Assembly: GCA_044224715.1 (NCBI GenBank)
Contig: JBGAJV010000031.1
Location: 44-64,043, forward strand
Direction of reading: 5' to 3'
From: Anaerolineales bacterium
GTDB taxonomy: Bacteria; Chloroflexota; Anaerolineae; Anaerolineales; UBA6663
DNA length: 64,000 bases
Below the pieces are notes generated by a model, which did not search any database, was not told where the DNA came from, and was given only the letters and a program-made list of their open reading frames with translations. Below are positions 41,827 to 51,185 of this stretch, one piece after another (positions within the stretch are counted from its first letter, which is position 1; every line of letters begins with the position of its first letter). Both the position numbers and the translations under genes were made by a program.

Positions 41827-43383
41827 ATGAAAATCCTGACGGTGGCGGAAATGCGGGCGGCCGAGGCTCGAGCCGATGCGGCCGGGCACAGCTACGCGAC
41901 GATGATGGAGCAGGCCGGGCGGGGCGCGGCTGAGGCCTTGCTGGCCCGGCTCGACGACCCGACCGGGCAGGCGATCCTGATCCTGGTCGGCGGCGGCAAC
42001 AACGGCGGCGACGGTCTCGTATGCGCGCACTATCTGAGCAACGCAGGCGCGTCCGTGGCCGTCTATGCCACGCGCGTGCCCGATGCCGCAGACCCGAAGG
42101 TCAGGCGCTTGCGCGAGAAAGGCCTGTTGATCGCCGATGCCGAGCAGGACCCCGACCGACGCGTGCTCGATCGGCTGCTGGCCCAGGCCGGCGTCGTGGT
42201 CGACGCCCTGGTCGGGACCGGCGCGCGATTACCGCTCGGCGGTGCGCCAGCGGTGTTGCTCGGGGCCGTGCGTCATCGTGTGTCGCGGGCCGACAACCGT
42301 CCGTTCGTTTTGGCAATCGATTGCCCATCCGGGCTCGATTGCGACACCGGCCATTGCGACCCGGCGCTCGTGCCCGCCGACCTGACCGTGACGTTTGCAG
42401 GGCCGAAGCGCGGGTTCTATGCGTTCCCGGCACGGGCGCGACTCGGCGACGTGGTGGTCGTCGATATCGGCCTCACGCCGCACATCGACGCGACCGCGTT
42501 GGCCGAAATGGATGCCGCGACGGCGCGCGCGCTCATCCCGATCCGGGCACGCGATGCGCACAAAGGCACCTTCGGGCGCGTGTTGACGATCGCAGGGTGT
42601 CGCAACTACGTCGGAGCCGGGGCCCTGGCCGCCGAGTCAGCTTATCGCGTCGGCGCCGGCCTCGTCGAACTCGCGCCGCCGGCGAGCCTGTGGCCGACGC
42701 TCGCCGGCCTTGTGCCGGAGGCGATCGGATTAGCGTTGCATGAAACGGATGGCGCGATCTCAGTCGAGGCCGCGGCGCAGCTCGCAGCTTCGCTCGACAA
42801 AGCGACGGCGATTCTGTTGGGCCCCGGGCTGGGATCGGCGCCCGCCACCGCACAATTCGTAAGTGCTTTGGTCGAGGCTTTGGCCGCGCGCGACCGAGGC
42901 GGCCTCATCGTCGATGCCGATGGCCTGCGCCACCTGGCCGTGATCGACGGCTGGGCCGCGAAGCTTCCACCGGGCGCGGTCTTGACCCCGCATCCCGGCG
43001 AGTTCGCGGCGTTGACGGGTCTGAGCACGGCCGACATCCAGAAGGATCGCGTGGGCGTCGCCCAACGACTGGCGGCAGCGGCCAGCCACGTCGTCCTGCT
43101 CAAGGGCGCGTTTACCGTGATCGCCGCCCCCGACGGCGCGACGACCCTGTTGCCTTTTGCCACGCCGGCGCTGGCGCGGGCCGGCAGCGGCGACGTGCTC
43201 AGCGGCCTGATCGTCGGTTTGTTGGCGCAGGGCCTTGACGGTTACGCCGCGGCCCGGGTCGCCGGCTGGCTCCACGGCCGCGCCGCCGAGCTCGCGACCG
43301 AACGGCTCGGCACGACGTCAAGTGTGCTGGCACGGGACGTCGTCGCCGCCGTGCCGGCCGCATTGGCCGAATTGGCGCGTTGA
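41827..43383 (+). CDS. nnr: Bifunctional NAD(P)H-hydrate epimerase/dehydratase (NnrE-NnrD)
   Basis: GGGNNGGDG, IDCPSG, HKGTFG, GPGLG, DADG, TPHPGE, LARAGSGDVL. Confidence 0.93.
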   Translation: MKILTVAEMRAAEARADAAGHSYATMMEQAGRGAAEALLARLDDPTGQAILILVGGGNNGGDGLVCAHYLSNAGASVAVYATRVPDAADPKVRRLREKGLLIADAEQDPDRRVLDRLLAQAGVVVDALVGTGARLPLGGAPAVLLGAVRHRVSRADNRPFVLAIDCPSGLDCDTGHCDPALVPADLTVTFAGPKRGFYAFPARARLGDVVVVDIGLTPHIDATALAEMDAATARALIPIRARDAHKGTFGRVLTIAGCRNYVGAGALAAESAYRVGAGLVELAPPASLWPTLAGLVPEAIGLALHETDGAISVEAAAQLAASLDKATAILLGPGLGSAPATAQFVSALVEALAARDRGGLIVDADGLRHLAVIDGWAAKLPPGAVLTPHPGEFAALTGLSTADIQKDRVGVAQRLAAAASHVVLLKGAFTVIAAPDGATTLLPFATPALARAGSGDVLSGLIVGLLAQGLDGYAAARVAGWLHGRAAELATERLGTTSSVLARDVVAAVPAALAELAR

Positions 43384-43390
43384 CCGCCGA

Positions 43391-44317
43391 TCACGCGACA
43401 GGCGGAACGCTCAGCGCAAGCGGCAGCACATCGCGGGCGATGGCGTCGTCGTCAGTCGGTTCCGGCACCCCGGCGAAAAGACCCCAGCGCTCCACATGAC
43501 TCACCGTCGCGCCCGGTTCCAGGGTCACGACGGGTCCCAGCGCCTCGAGCTCGAGCATGTCGGGATCCGTGTAGGTCTCGAAGTTGACACCCTGGTCCGG
43601 ATAGACCTCGCCCGGTCGCCACGCAAAGCGTTTGACGAAAAGATGTCCCTGGTAGGCGTAGGCCGCCCAACCATCTGCGACGCGCACGCCGAACTTTTGC
43701 GCCAGATAGCCCGCCGGATCCTGCCGGAGCGTCACATAGCGCGCGCCGAGGCGCCACCGAGGATCGGCGAAGTTAGTGTACGACCATAGCGTGAACGTGT
43801 TGGTCGGCAGCAATTGCCCCGGGCTATGCGGCGCATAGGGCGGCAGCGGCACGATCCCGAGACCGCCTGGAGCGACCTGCGTCAGCGACCACGGCGCGAG
43901 CGTGATCGGCCAGAGCGTTCGGTTCGTGAGTCGATGGATGACGGTCGTCACCGAACCGACCTCTGCGAGCGTGACCTCGATTTCCTTTTCGATGCCGGCC
44001 AGCGCATCGGCCGACATGGTCAACCGGACGCCGTTGGGAACGGCCGTGACGGACAACGGGTTGTTGTCGAGCGTGTACGTGCGTGGTAGCGACTCGGGCG
44101 CGTGCCAGAGCCGGTGACCGCCGTAGGCGCGGAACGCGTCGCCGCCGGTCTGGCCGAGGTGCTCGGAAAAGAGCATGAACGGATTGGGCCCGCCTTTCAC
44201 CCGGTAACTCAGGATCCGCGGCCCGATGTCCGCCGGAAGGATCAATTCGGTCGTGTCGTTCGCCAAGACCTGCGTGTTGGGCCAGCCGTGGTAATTGGTC
44301 GTCGTCAAGGTAACCAT
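43391..44317 (-). CDS. Hypothetical protein, galactose-mutarotase-like fold (DUF4380-like)
   Basis: DIGPRI..YGGHRLWHAPE..YPDQG.NFETY..LELEALGP. Confidence 0.75.
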   Translation of the reverse strand: MVTLTTTNYHGWPNTQVLANDTTELILPADIGPRILSYRVKGGPNPFMLFSEHLGQTGGDAFRAYGGHRLWHAPESLPRTYTLDNNPLSVTAVPNGVRLTMSADALAGIEKEIEVTLAEVGSVTTVIHRLTNRTLWPITLAPWSLTQVAPGGLGIVPLPPYAPHSPGQLLPTNTFTLWSYTNFADPRWRLGARYVTLRQDPAGYLAQKFGVRVADGWAAYAYQGHLFVKRFAWRPGEVYPDQGVNFETYTDPDMLELEALGPVVTLEPGATVSHVERWGLFAGVPEPTDDDAIARDVLPLALSVPPVA

Positions 44318-44338
44318 GATCGAAGTGTTCCAGACGTG

Positions 44339-45538
44339 TCAGGCCCAGGCGGCGGCATCGTACGCCGGGAGCTCGCAACGCACGGGCGCGTCGCTCCGCT
44401 CGCCCAGCGCATAGCCGGCCTGGATGAGTTGATGAATCTCGTTGGTGCCCTCATAGATCGAGCCCACGCGAGCGTTGCGCCAGAGGCGTTCGATCGGCTG
44501 ATCGTTCGCATAGCCGTCGGCGCCATGGATCTGTAACGCGGCATCCGCGGCCGCGAACGCGGCGTCGGTCGCCTGCCATTTGAGCAACGACGTCTCGCGT
44601 GTATTGCGCCGACCGCTGTTTTTGAGCCAGCCGACCTGCAAATAGGCCAGTCGCGCCAGGTCGAGATCGCGGGTCATGTGCGCGATCTTTTGTTGGATCA
44701 ACTGCTGGCGCGCGATCGGCCGCCCGAAGGCCTCGCGTTGGCCTGCAAACGCGAGGCTGTGCGCCAGGGCCGCGCGGATGCTTCCGGCCGCCCCTGCGCC
44801 GACGCTGTAACGCCCGTTGTCGAGACAGGCCATGGCGATCTTGAATCCTTCGCCCTCATGACCCAATCGGTCGGACGCGGGGATGCGGACCGAATCACAA
44901 CGCACCCAGCCCGTGTGCATCGCACGCAGGCCGACTTTGCCCGTGATCTGGCCGACCGTGACACCCGGACTGTGCACGTCCAGGATGAAGGCCGAGAGGT
45001 TGTCGTGCGAGGGTCGGGCACCGCCCGTGCGCGCAATCCACAGGATCTGATCCGCCTGACCGGCCAACGAGATCCAGCGCTTGTAGCCACTCAGCACATA
45101 GTCGTCGCCGTCACGCCGCGCCGTGCTCTCCAGATTCGCCGGATCCGAACCGGCCCCGACGTCGGTTAGGCCGAACATGCCGAGGCGCGTGCCGCGTGCC
45201 AGGTCCGGAAGCCAGCGCTCATGTTGTTCGGGGGTGCCCCACTGAAAGATCCCAAGCGCGTGCAGAGCAAGATGAACGGAGGCGACGACGCGCAGCGACG
45301 CGTCGACGGCTTCGAGTTCCTCGCAGAGGACGCCAAGCGCGAGGTAGTCGTGGCCCAGACCACCGAACCGGCGGGGCAGACACAATCCCAACAACCCTGC
45401 CTCGGCCAGCGCGGCGGCCGCGCCTTCGGCGGGCCGGTCGGCCCGGTCGGCGGCCACCACGTCGGGCTCGAGCGCGAGCGCCACGGCGCGGGCCATTTCG
45501 CGCACATCGTCATATCGAGCCGTCAGCGCCGCGAACAT
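44339..45538 (-). CDS. Acyl-CoA dehydrogenase family protein
   Basis: FGLTDVGAGSD, GYKRWIS, GEGFKIAM, REAFGRPI, QIHGADG, IYEGTNEI. Confidence 0.93.
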   Translation of the reverse strand: MFAALTARYDDVREMARAVALALEPDVVAADRADRPAEGAAAALAEAGLLGLCLPRRFGGLGHDYLALGVLCEELEAVDASLRVVASVHLALHALGIFQWGTPEQHERWLPDLARGTRLGMFGLTDVGAGSDPANLESTARRDGDDYVLSGYKRWISLAGQADQILWIARTGGARPSHDNLSAFILDVHSPGVTVGQITGKVGLRAMHTGWVRCDSVRIPASDRLGHEGEGFKIAMACLDNGRYSVGAGAAGSIRAALAHSLAFAGQREAFGRPIARQQLIQQKIAHMTRDLDLARLAYLQVGWLKNSGRRNTRETSLLKWQATDAAFAAADAALQIHGADGYANDQPIERLWRNARVGSIYEGTNEIHQLIQAGYALGERSDAPVRCELPAYDAAAWA

Positions 45539-45736
45539 GGCGCGATTGTAACGCAGTCCCATGCGGCACCCGGTTACGCGCGCACATCGTCGACCAACGC
45601 GAACTCGATCCGGCCGCCAGAACCGATGCCTGGCTCGCGAGGTGTGTCTCACCTTGCCGGATTCGAGAATCACGACGTCCTATAATGGGTTGGACGACGC
45701 GTTGCCGTCGGCCAGCGCCGCCCCACTGAGGCAACC

Positions 45737-46879
45737 ATGCGAATACTCAAGGCAAGCATTCTGATCCTGGCCTTCATGCTTTCGAGCTCGGTCGGAGTCG
45801 CTCAGACGCCGTTGCCCGGGTTGGCTCAAGGCTGGGCGGGGCTGAGCATGGAGTCCGCTTCGGGCGTTGGCGACATACCCGCGCATCTCGAACCCAACCT
45901 GGCGCTCGATAGCGAGAATCGCCCGCGCATCGCGTACTATGCGAGCCCCGACTATCTGTACGGCAGCCTGCACTACATGAGCTGGGACGGCGCAACGTGG
46001 AGTGAAACGGTCGTCGATCCGGTTGGCGGCGGCTACCCCTCGATGCAACTGGACCAGGACGATTGGGCGCACATCGCTTACTACATGTTCGGGCCCGATG
46101 GGCAGGTGCGCTATGCATCGGAAACCGCGACGGGATGGGTGACGCAGACGATCCGTTCGAATCTCCCGGTCATGGGCACGGGTTTCGACCTCGCGCTTGG
46201 GCTCTCCCAGTCCGGCGTTCCGCACGTCATGTATCCGGTGTATGTCGGGTCCGGCTACACTTTCCGACTGCTTCAGCAGACGCCTGGCGATTGGCAGGAT
46301 GATCCCATTTTGGGATACGTCGGGCGGTCGCCGGCCATCCGGATCGACGCCCTCGATCGCGTGCACGTCAGCTTCTACGATCCGCAGCTTCACCACATCG
46401 TTTACGGCAATGACGATGGCTCCGGCACTTGGTCCAGTCAGGTGATCCAATCCGTCGGCGATCAGGGTCTCCAGGTCGTCGCCGTCGCGCTCGACCTTGA
46501 CTCGACCGGCGCGCCGCATGTCGTCTTTGCGGACGGCGACACAGCGCGACTGATCTATGCGTCACCGTTGACCGGGACGACCTGGGTCACCGAGACGATC
46601 GCGCCGGCGTTCTCGACTGTGGCGTCGTTGACGATTGATCGCAACGACGTGCCCCACGTGGCCTATATCGACTCAGCGAATGGCGCCCTGGTCTACACGA
46701 TCCGCGAGCCTGGCGGCTGGCAGCCACAGACGATCGCCACAGACCCAGCCAGCTACGTGTCGTTGGACGTTTCGAGCCAGAACGTGCCTTATGTTGCCTA
46801 TACTGACCTGGGAACCGGCGGCCTCGGGTTGGCCTTCCTGCTTCCATACAAGACCTTTATCCCGATCGTGCGGCGGTGA
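45737..46879 (+). CDS. Secreted beta-propeller (BNR-like repeat) protein with C-terminal FIPIVRR motif
   Basis: Signal peptide; repeated S/LALD...PHIAY..W..ETI units; TATAAT 45681-45686 and GAGG RBS. Confidence 0.82.
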   Translation: MRILKASILILAFMLSSSVGVAQTPLPGLAQGWAGLSMESASGVGDIPAHLEPNLALDSENRPRIAYYASPDYLYGSLHYMSWDGATWSETVVDPVGGGYPSMQLDQDDWAHIAYYMFGPDGQVRYASETATGWVTQTIRSNLPVMGTGFDLALGLSQSGVPHVMYPVYVGSGYTFRLLQQTPGDWQDDPILGYVGRSPAIRIDALDRVHVSFYDPQLHHIVYGNDDGSGTWSSQVIQSVGDQGLQVVAVALDLDSTGAPHVVFADGDTARLIYASPLTGTTWVTETIAPAFSTVASLTIDRNDVPHVAYIDSANGALVYTIREPGGWQPQTIATDPASYVSLDVSSQNVPYVAYTDLGTGGLGLAFLLPYKTFIPIVRR

Positions 46880-46887
46880 CCGCGCCC

Positions 46888-46957
46888 AGACACCGGGAGT
46901 GCCCCGATGTATCCCGATGTCGGGGCACATCGATACATCGGGGCACTCCCGGTGTCT
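46888..46957. repeat. Long palindrome (26-bp perfect stem) with nested CCCCGATGT/ACATCGGGG core
   Basis: 46888-46913 is the exact reverse complement of 46932-46957. Confidence 0.85.
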
Positions 46958-46969
46958 TACAATCCTAGT

Positions 46970-47851
46970 ATGTTGACCTATGACGACCTGATCGACCGCC
47001 TCAAAGCCTGGGTCGAGGCGACGCCGCCGATCCGCGCGGCCCTCATCCTGGGTTCGCGCGCCCGAACGGATCATCCCGCCGACGAGTGGTCGGACCTCGA
47101 TGTCCTGATCTTCACGCATGACGTCGAGGCCCCGATCCGCGAATCGGAATGGGCGACCGGGCTGGCGCCTCACTGGCTGACCTTCGTCGAAAGGACGGGC
47201 GACGGCTCGTCCTGGGAGCGGCGCACGTTATACGAGGGCGGGCTCGACGTCGACGTGGCAGTGTTCCCGGCGCTCGCCCTCGAAGCGCCCGAGGGCGCCA
47301 TGCCGGCCGCCTTCGTGGATGTGGTGCGGCGGGGTGTGCGTGTGCTGGCCGATAAGGATGGCGCGCTCGCCCGGATCCTGTCGCGTCCGTTGCCGGCGCA
47401 GACGCTCTATGCGCGCCCGAGCGTCGCCGAGTTCGAGAACGCGGTCAGCGATTTCTGGTACCACACGCTGTGGTGCGCCAAACACCTCCGGCGCGGCGAG
47501 GTGTGGTGGGCCAAATCCGGCATCGATGTGCATCTGAAGGGTTATCTGCATCGCATGTTGGAGTGGCACGCCCGCGCGACGCGCGGTGAGTCCTTCGACA
47601 CCTGGTTGCGCGGACGATTCCTCGACGAGTGGGCTGATCCGCGCGCCGTCGCCGAGTTGCCCGGTTGTTTCGCGCGCTACGACAAAGCCGATCTCGCGCG
47701 GGCATTGCTGGGCACGCTGCATCTCTACCGTTGGTTGGAGGATGAGACTGCCGCGCGGTGGGGCTACACGCCGCCGCGCGACGGTGAGATGCGGGCGGCG
47801 GCGGCCACGGAGGCGTTGCTGGCGGCCGGTCCGTGGAACGCGGCGGACTAG
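46970..47851 (+). CDS. Aminoglycoside 6-adenylyltransferase-like nucleotidyltransferase
   Basis: LGSRAR..DEWSDLDV, LDVD, VLADKDG, DFWY..AKHLRRGE, GRFLDEWAD. Confidence 0.85.
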   Translation: MLTYDDLIDRLKAWVEATPPIRAALILGSRARTDHPADEWSDLDVLIFTHDVEAPIRESEWATGLAPHWLTFVERTGDGSSWERRTLYEGGLDVDVAVFPALALEAPEGAMPAAFVDVVRRGVRVLADKDGALARILSRPLPAQTLYARPSVAEFENAVSDFWYHTLWCAKHLRRGEVWWAKSGIDVHLKGYLHRMLEWHARATRGESFDTWLRGRFLDEWADPRAVAELPGCFARYDKADLARALLGTLHLYRWLEDETAARWGYTPPRDGEMRAAAATEALLAAGPWNAAD

Positions 47852-47857
47852 GCCACG

Positions 47858-48490
47858 ATGTACACCGTATGTCCGGGCTGCGGCGAGCATCGGCCCGATC
47901 GAGTCGTGGACCCGAAAACGTCCGTGGCCATGTGCCCCGTTTGTGGGCACCGACAGTCGTTCGTGCGCCGACCGCTGCTTGTCGTCGGCGGTGCGAGCGG
48001 ATCGGGAAAGTCGACCGTGTGCCAGGCGTTGCTTGGGCGCGCGCGCGACGTCGTGCTGCTCGACTCGGACCTGCTGTGGCGGCCCGACTTCAATGCGCCC
48101 GACACCGGCTACGCGGAGTTCTTCGAGACCTGGCTGCGTCTGGCGGTCGCCCTCAACCAGTCGACCGGGCCGGTCGTCCTCTTCGGCGCCGGCTTCGCCG
48201 TCCCCGACAACCTCGAGACCCGAATCTACCGTCGCTATCTGACCCGCATCCATTATTTGGCGCTGGTGTGCCCTGACGACGTGTTGCGCGATCGATTGCG
48301 CGCCAGACCGCTTTGGCGCGGAGCCGGCGGCGACGCGTTCATCGCCGGACAAATCGCGTTCAACGCCTGGCTGCGCACCGAGGCCCCGACGTCCGTGCCC
48401 GACTACGCGCTTGTGGATACCGGCGAGGCCGATCACGCGCTTGCCGCGCGGCGCGTCGCCGACTGGATTGCCGCGCGAACCAGACCTTGA
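47858..48490 (+). CDS. Zn-ribbon + P-loop small-molecule kinase-like protein
   Basis: CPGC..CPVC; GASGSGKS; LLDSD; lid RLRAR. Confidence 0.8.
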   Translation: MYTVCPGCGEHRPDRVVDPKTSVAMCPVCGHRQSFVRRPLLVVGGASGSGKSTVCQALLGRARDVVLLDSDLLWRPDFNAPDTGYAEFFETWLRLAVALNQSTGPVVLFGAGFAVPDNLETRIYRRYLTRIHYLALVCPDDVLRDRLRARPLWRGAGGDAFIAGQIAFNAWLRTEAPTSVPDYALVDTGEADHALAARRVADWIAARTRP

Positions 48491-48516
48491 GGACAAATCC
48501 GAGGATCGGCGCGTCG

Positions 48517-49908
48517 TCAGCCCGTGATCATCTCGCGTGCGATGCGGTTGTGGCGCTCGATCACCCTCGGCAGATCGATGGTCGCAACCTGGCCCTCGCG
48601 AACGATCACGCGCCCATGGACGACGGTGTAGGCCGCCGTCGTCGGCGCGCAGAACAGCACGGCCGCGACCGGATCATGCAGCGCGCCCGCATATTCCACA
48701 CGGTTGAGGTTCAGGGCGAAGAAGTCCGCGCACTTGCCGGGCGCCAACGCGCCGATATCGTCACGACCGAGCACGGCGGCGCCGCCCAGCGTCGCGATCT
48801 CGAGCGCCTCACGCGCGCTCAACTGCCGGGCACCTTCTGGTGCGACGCCGCGACCCCAGCGTTGGTGTTCGACCAGCCCGAGCCGCGCCAGGAGCATGGC
48901 CTGTCGCGCCTCGGCCAGGAGCGAGGATCCGTCGTTGCTGGCCGAGCCGTCGACGCCCAGGCCGACCTTGACGCCAGCGGCGCGCATCTTCTGCAACGGC
49001 GCGATGCCGGAGGCCAGGCGCATGTTGCTGGTCGGGCAATGCGCCACGCCGCAGCCGCAACGCGCGTAGGTCGCGATCTCGGCGTCGTCGACGTGTACGG
49101 AGTGCGCGAACCAGACCTCGCTGCCAAGCCACTCCACCTGTTCCATATAGGCGACGGGCTTGTGCCCGAACTTCGCCAGACAGAATTCCTCTTCGTCGAG
49201 GGTTTCGGCCAGGTGCGTGTGCAGACCCACGCCGTACGCGCGCGCCAGCCGCGCCGACTCGCGCATGAGATCGCCGGTCACCGAGAACGGCGAACAGGGC
49301 GCGAGCGCGATGCGCAGTAGCGCACCTGGCGCGGCGTTGTGATATTGCGTGATCAGGCGCTGCGAGTCTTTGAGGATGTCGGCCTCGACCTCGACGCATC
49401 GATCCGGCGGCAAGCCGCCCTGCGACTCGCCCAGCGACATGCTGCCGCGCGTGGCGTGAAAGCGCACGCCGATCCGCCCGGCGGCCTCAATCTCGTCGTC
49501 GAGCCGGCAGCCGTTGGGAAAGATATAAAGATGGTCGGAGGCCGTGGTGCAGCCGGAGAGCGCCAGTTCGGCGAGACCGGTCAGGGTCGAAACCTGGACG
49601 GCCTCCGGCGTCAACCGCGCCCAGATTGGATAGAGCGTCACCAGCCAGTGAAACAAATCCGCGTCCTGCGCCGCCGGGACGGCCCGGGTCAGGGTCTGAT
49701 ACAGGTGATGATGCGTGTTGACCAGCCCCGGCAGGACGACGTGGCCCGAGAGGTCGAGGACCTCGTCGGCCGAAGCGGGCAGGTCGGCCGTGGCGCCAAC
49801 CTGCTCGATGAGGCCGTCGCGCGCGAACAGCCCGCCGTCCGGGATCTCGCGGCGTCCCGCGTCGTGCGTCACCAGCACGGTCGCGTGCCGGACGAGCAGG
49901 GTGCTCAT
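48517..49908 (-). CDS. 8-oxoguanine deaminase-like amidohydrolase
   Basis: NTHHHLYQTLTR, GGLPPD, APCSPFSV, HTHLAE, HCPTSN, GVDGSASND. Confidence 0.9.
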   Translation of the reverse strand: MSTLLVRHATVLVTHDAGRREIPDGGLFARDGLIEQVGATADLPASADEVLDLSGHVVLPGLVNTHHHLYQTLTRAVPAAQDADLFHWLVTLYPIWARLTPEAVQVSTLTGLAELALSGCTTASDHLYIFPNGCRLDDEIEAAGRIGVRFHATRGSMSLGESQGGLPPDRCVEVEADILKDSQRLITQYHNAAPGALLRIALAPCSPFSVTGDLMRESARLARAYGVGLHTHLAETLDEEEFCLAKFGHKPVAYMEQVEWLGSEVWFAHSVHVDDAEIATYARCGCGVAHCPTSNMRLASGIAPLQKMRAAGVKVGLGVDGSASNDGSSLLAEARQAMLLARLGLVEHQRWGRGVAPEGARQLSAREALEIATLGGAAVLGRDDIGALAPGKCADFFALNLNRVEYAGALHDPVAAVLFCAPTTAAYTVVHGRVIVREGQVATIDLPRVIERHNRIAREMITG

Positions 49909-51185
49909 GTCGCCCTCGCGCCAAGCGCGTCGCGCAGCGCCTCGACCGTCGGGACGATCCGCAGCGGTTCGGCCACCGCGCGCCGCGCGGCGGCAACGTC
50001 CTTGAGACCGCTGCCTGTGTTCATCACGAGCACGCTGGCGTCGGCGGGCACGAGACCCTGACCGACGGCGCGCGCGAGACCGGCGTACGCCGTTGCGCCC
50101 GCCGGCTCGGCGAACACGGCGGCGTCGTGCCCGAGGGTCGCGATGGCGGTCAAGATCTCGTCGTCGCTGACGACCACGAAAGCGCCGCCCGTGTCGCGCA
50201 CCGCCTGAACGGCGCGCAGACCGTCGCGCGGCAGGTCGACCGAGATGCTGTCGGCGAGGGTATGGGCCGACACGGGCGTGATGGTTGCGGCGTTGCTCTC
50301 CCAGGCTTTGGCGCAGGCCGCCGAACCCTCGGCCTGAACGCCGATGAGCTTGGGCATACGCTCGATCCAACCCAGTCGGTGCAGATCTTGAAAGCCGCGC
50401 CAGATCCCGCTGATGATGTTGCCGTCACCAACCGAGACAAACACGTAGTCGGGCACCGACCAGTGGCCCGTGTCGAGCGGCGCGGCGAGTTGGGTCAATT
50501 GCTCGGCGATCTCGAACGCCGCGGTCTTCTTCCCCTCGGCCGTGAACGGGTTGTACCCGGTGTTGCGGCAGTACCAGCCGAATTCGTCGGCGGCTTTGAG
50601 CGTCAGGTCGAAGGCGTCGTCGTAGGTGCCCTCCACCAGCACGACCTGGGCGCCGAAGACGAGGAGCTGCGCCACCTTCGCCGGTGGCGCGGTGACCGGC
50701 GCCAGGATCGTGGCGGGGACCCCGGCCGCGCAGGCCATCCCGGCGAGCGCCGCGCCGGCGTTGCCGGTTGAGGCCGTCACGACCCGGCTGACACCGAGTT
50801 CGAGTGCGCGCGCGACGACCACGGCGCTGGCGCGATCCTTGAACGACGCGGTCGGGTTGCGTCCGTCATCCTTGAGATAGACGCGCTTCTGTCCCAACCG
50901 CGACTCGAGCCGTTCGACGCGGTACAGCGGCGTCCACCCGGCGGCGCGCAGCGGCGTGTGCGCCATGCCGGGGTCGCCGACGGGCAGCAGACGTTGATAC
51001 CGCCAGAGCGACGGTTCACCCGTCACGCGTTCCGGCGCCGCGCGTCGGATCGCTTCGTAGTCGAAGACGAGATCGAGATTGCCGCCACAGGACGAGCAAC
51101 CGTAGACGATCTCAAGTGGCGCGTAGGCGCGCTCGGCGCCGCACACCGAACAGCGGTATCCCAACACATGGTTGAGGGCCATCAT
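49905..51185 (-). CDS. Threonine synthase-like PLP enzyme (fold type II)
   Basis: Zn ribbon CSVC..CSSC; NPTASFKDR, ASTGNAG, EGKKT, VGDGN, EPAGA, NTGSGLKD; ATGA overlaps on both sides. Confidence 0.88.
   Translation of the reverse strand: MMALNHVLGYRCSVCGAERAYAPLEIVYGCSSCGGNLDLVFDYEAIRRAAPERVTGEPSLWRYQRLLPVGDPGMAHTPLRAAGWTPLYRVERLESRLGQKRVYLKDDGRNPTASFKDRASAVVVARALELGVSRVVTASTGNAGAALAGMACAAGVPATILAPVTAPPAKVAQLLVFGAQVVLVEGTYDDAFDLTLKAADEFGWYCRNTGYNPFTAEGKKTAAFEIAEQLTQLAAPLDTGHWSVPDYVFVSVGDGNIISGIWRGFQDLHRLGWIERMPKLIGVQAEGSAACAKAWESNAATITPVSAHTLADSISVDLPRDGLRAVQAVRDTGGAFVVVSDDEILTAIATLGHDAAVFAEPAGATAYAGLARAVGQGLVPADASVLVMNTGSGLKDVAAARRAVAEPLRIVPTVEALRDALGARAT

Noticed and set aside
46970-47851. 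Calling this a bona fide aadK/aadE resistance gene
   Set aside because: Only family-level motifs; the substrate cannot be determined from sequence.
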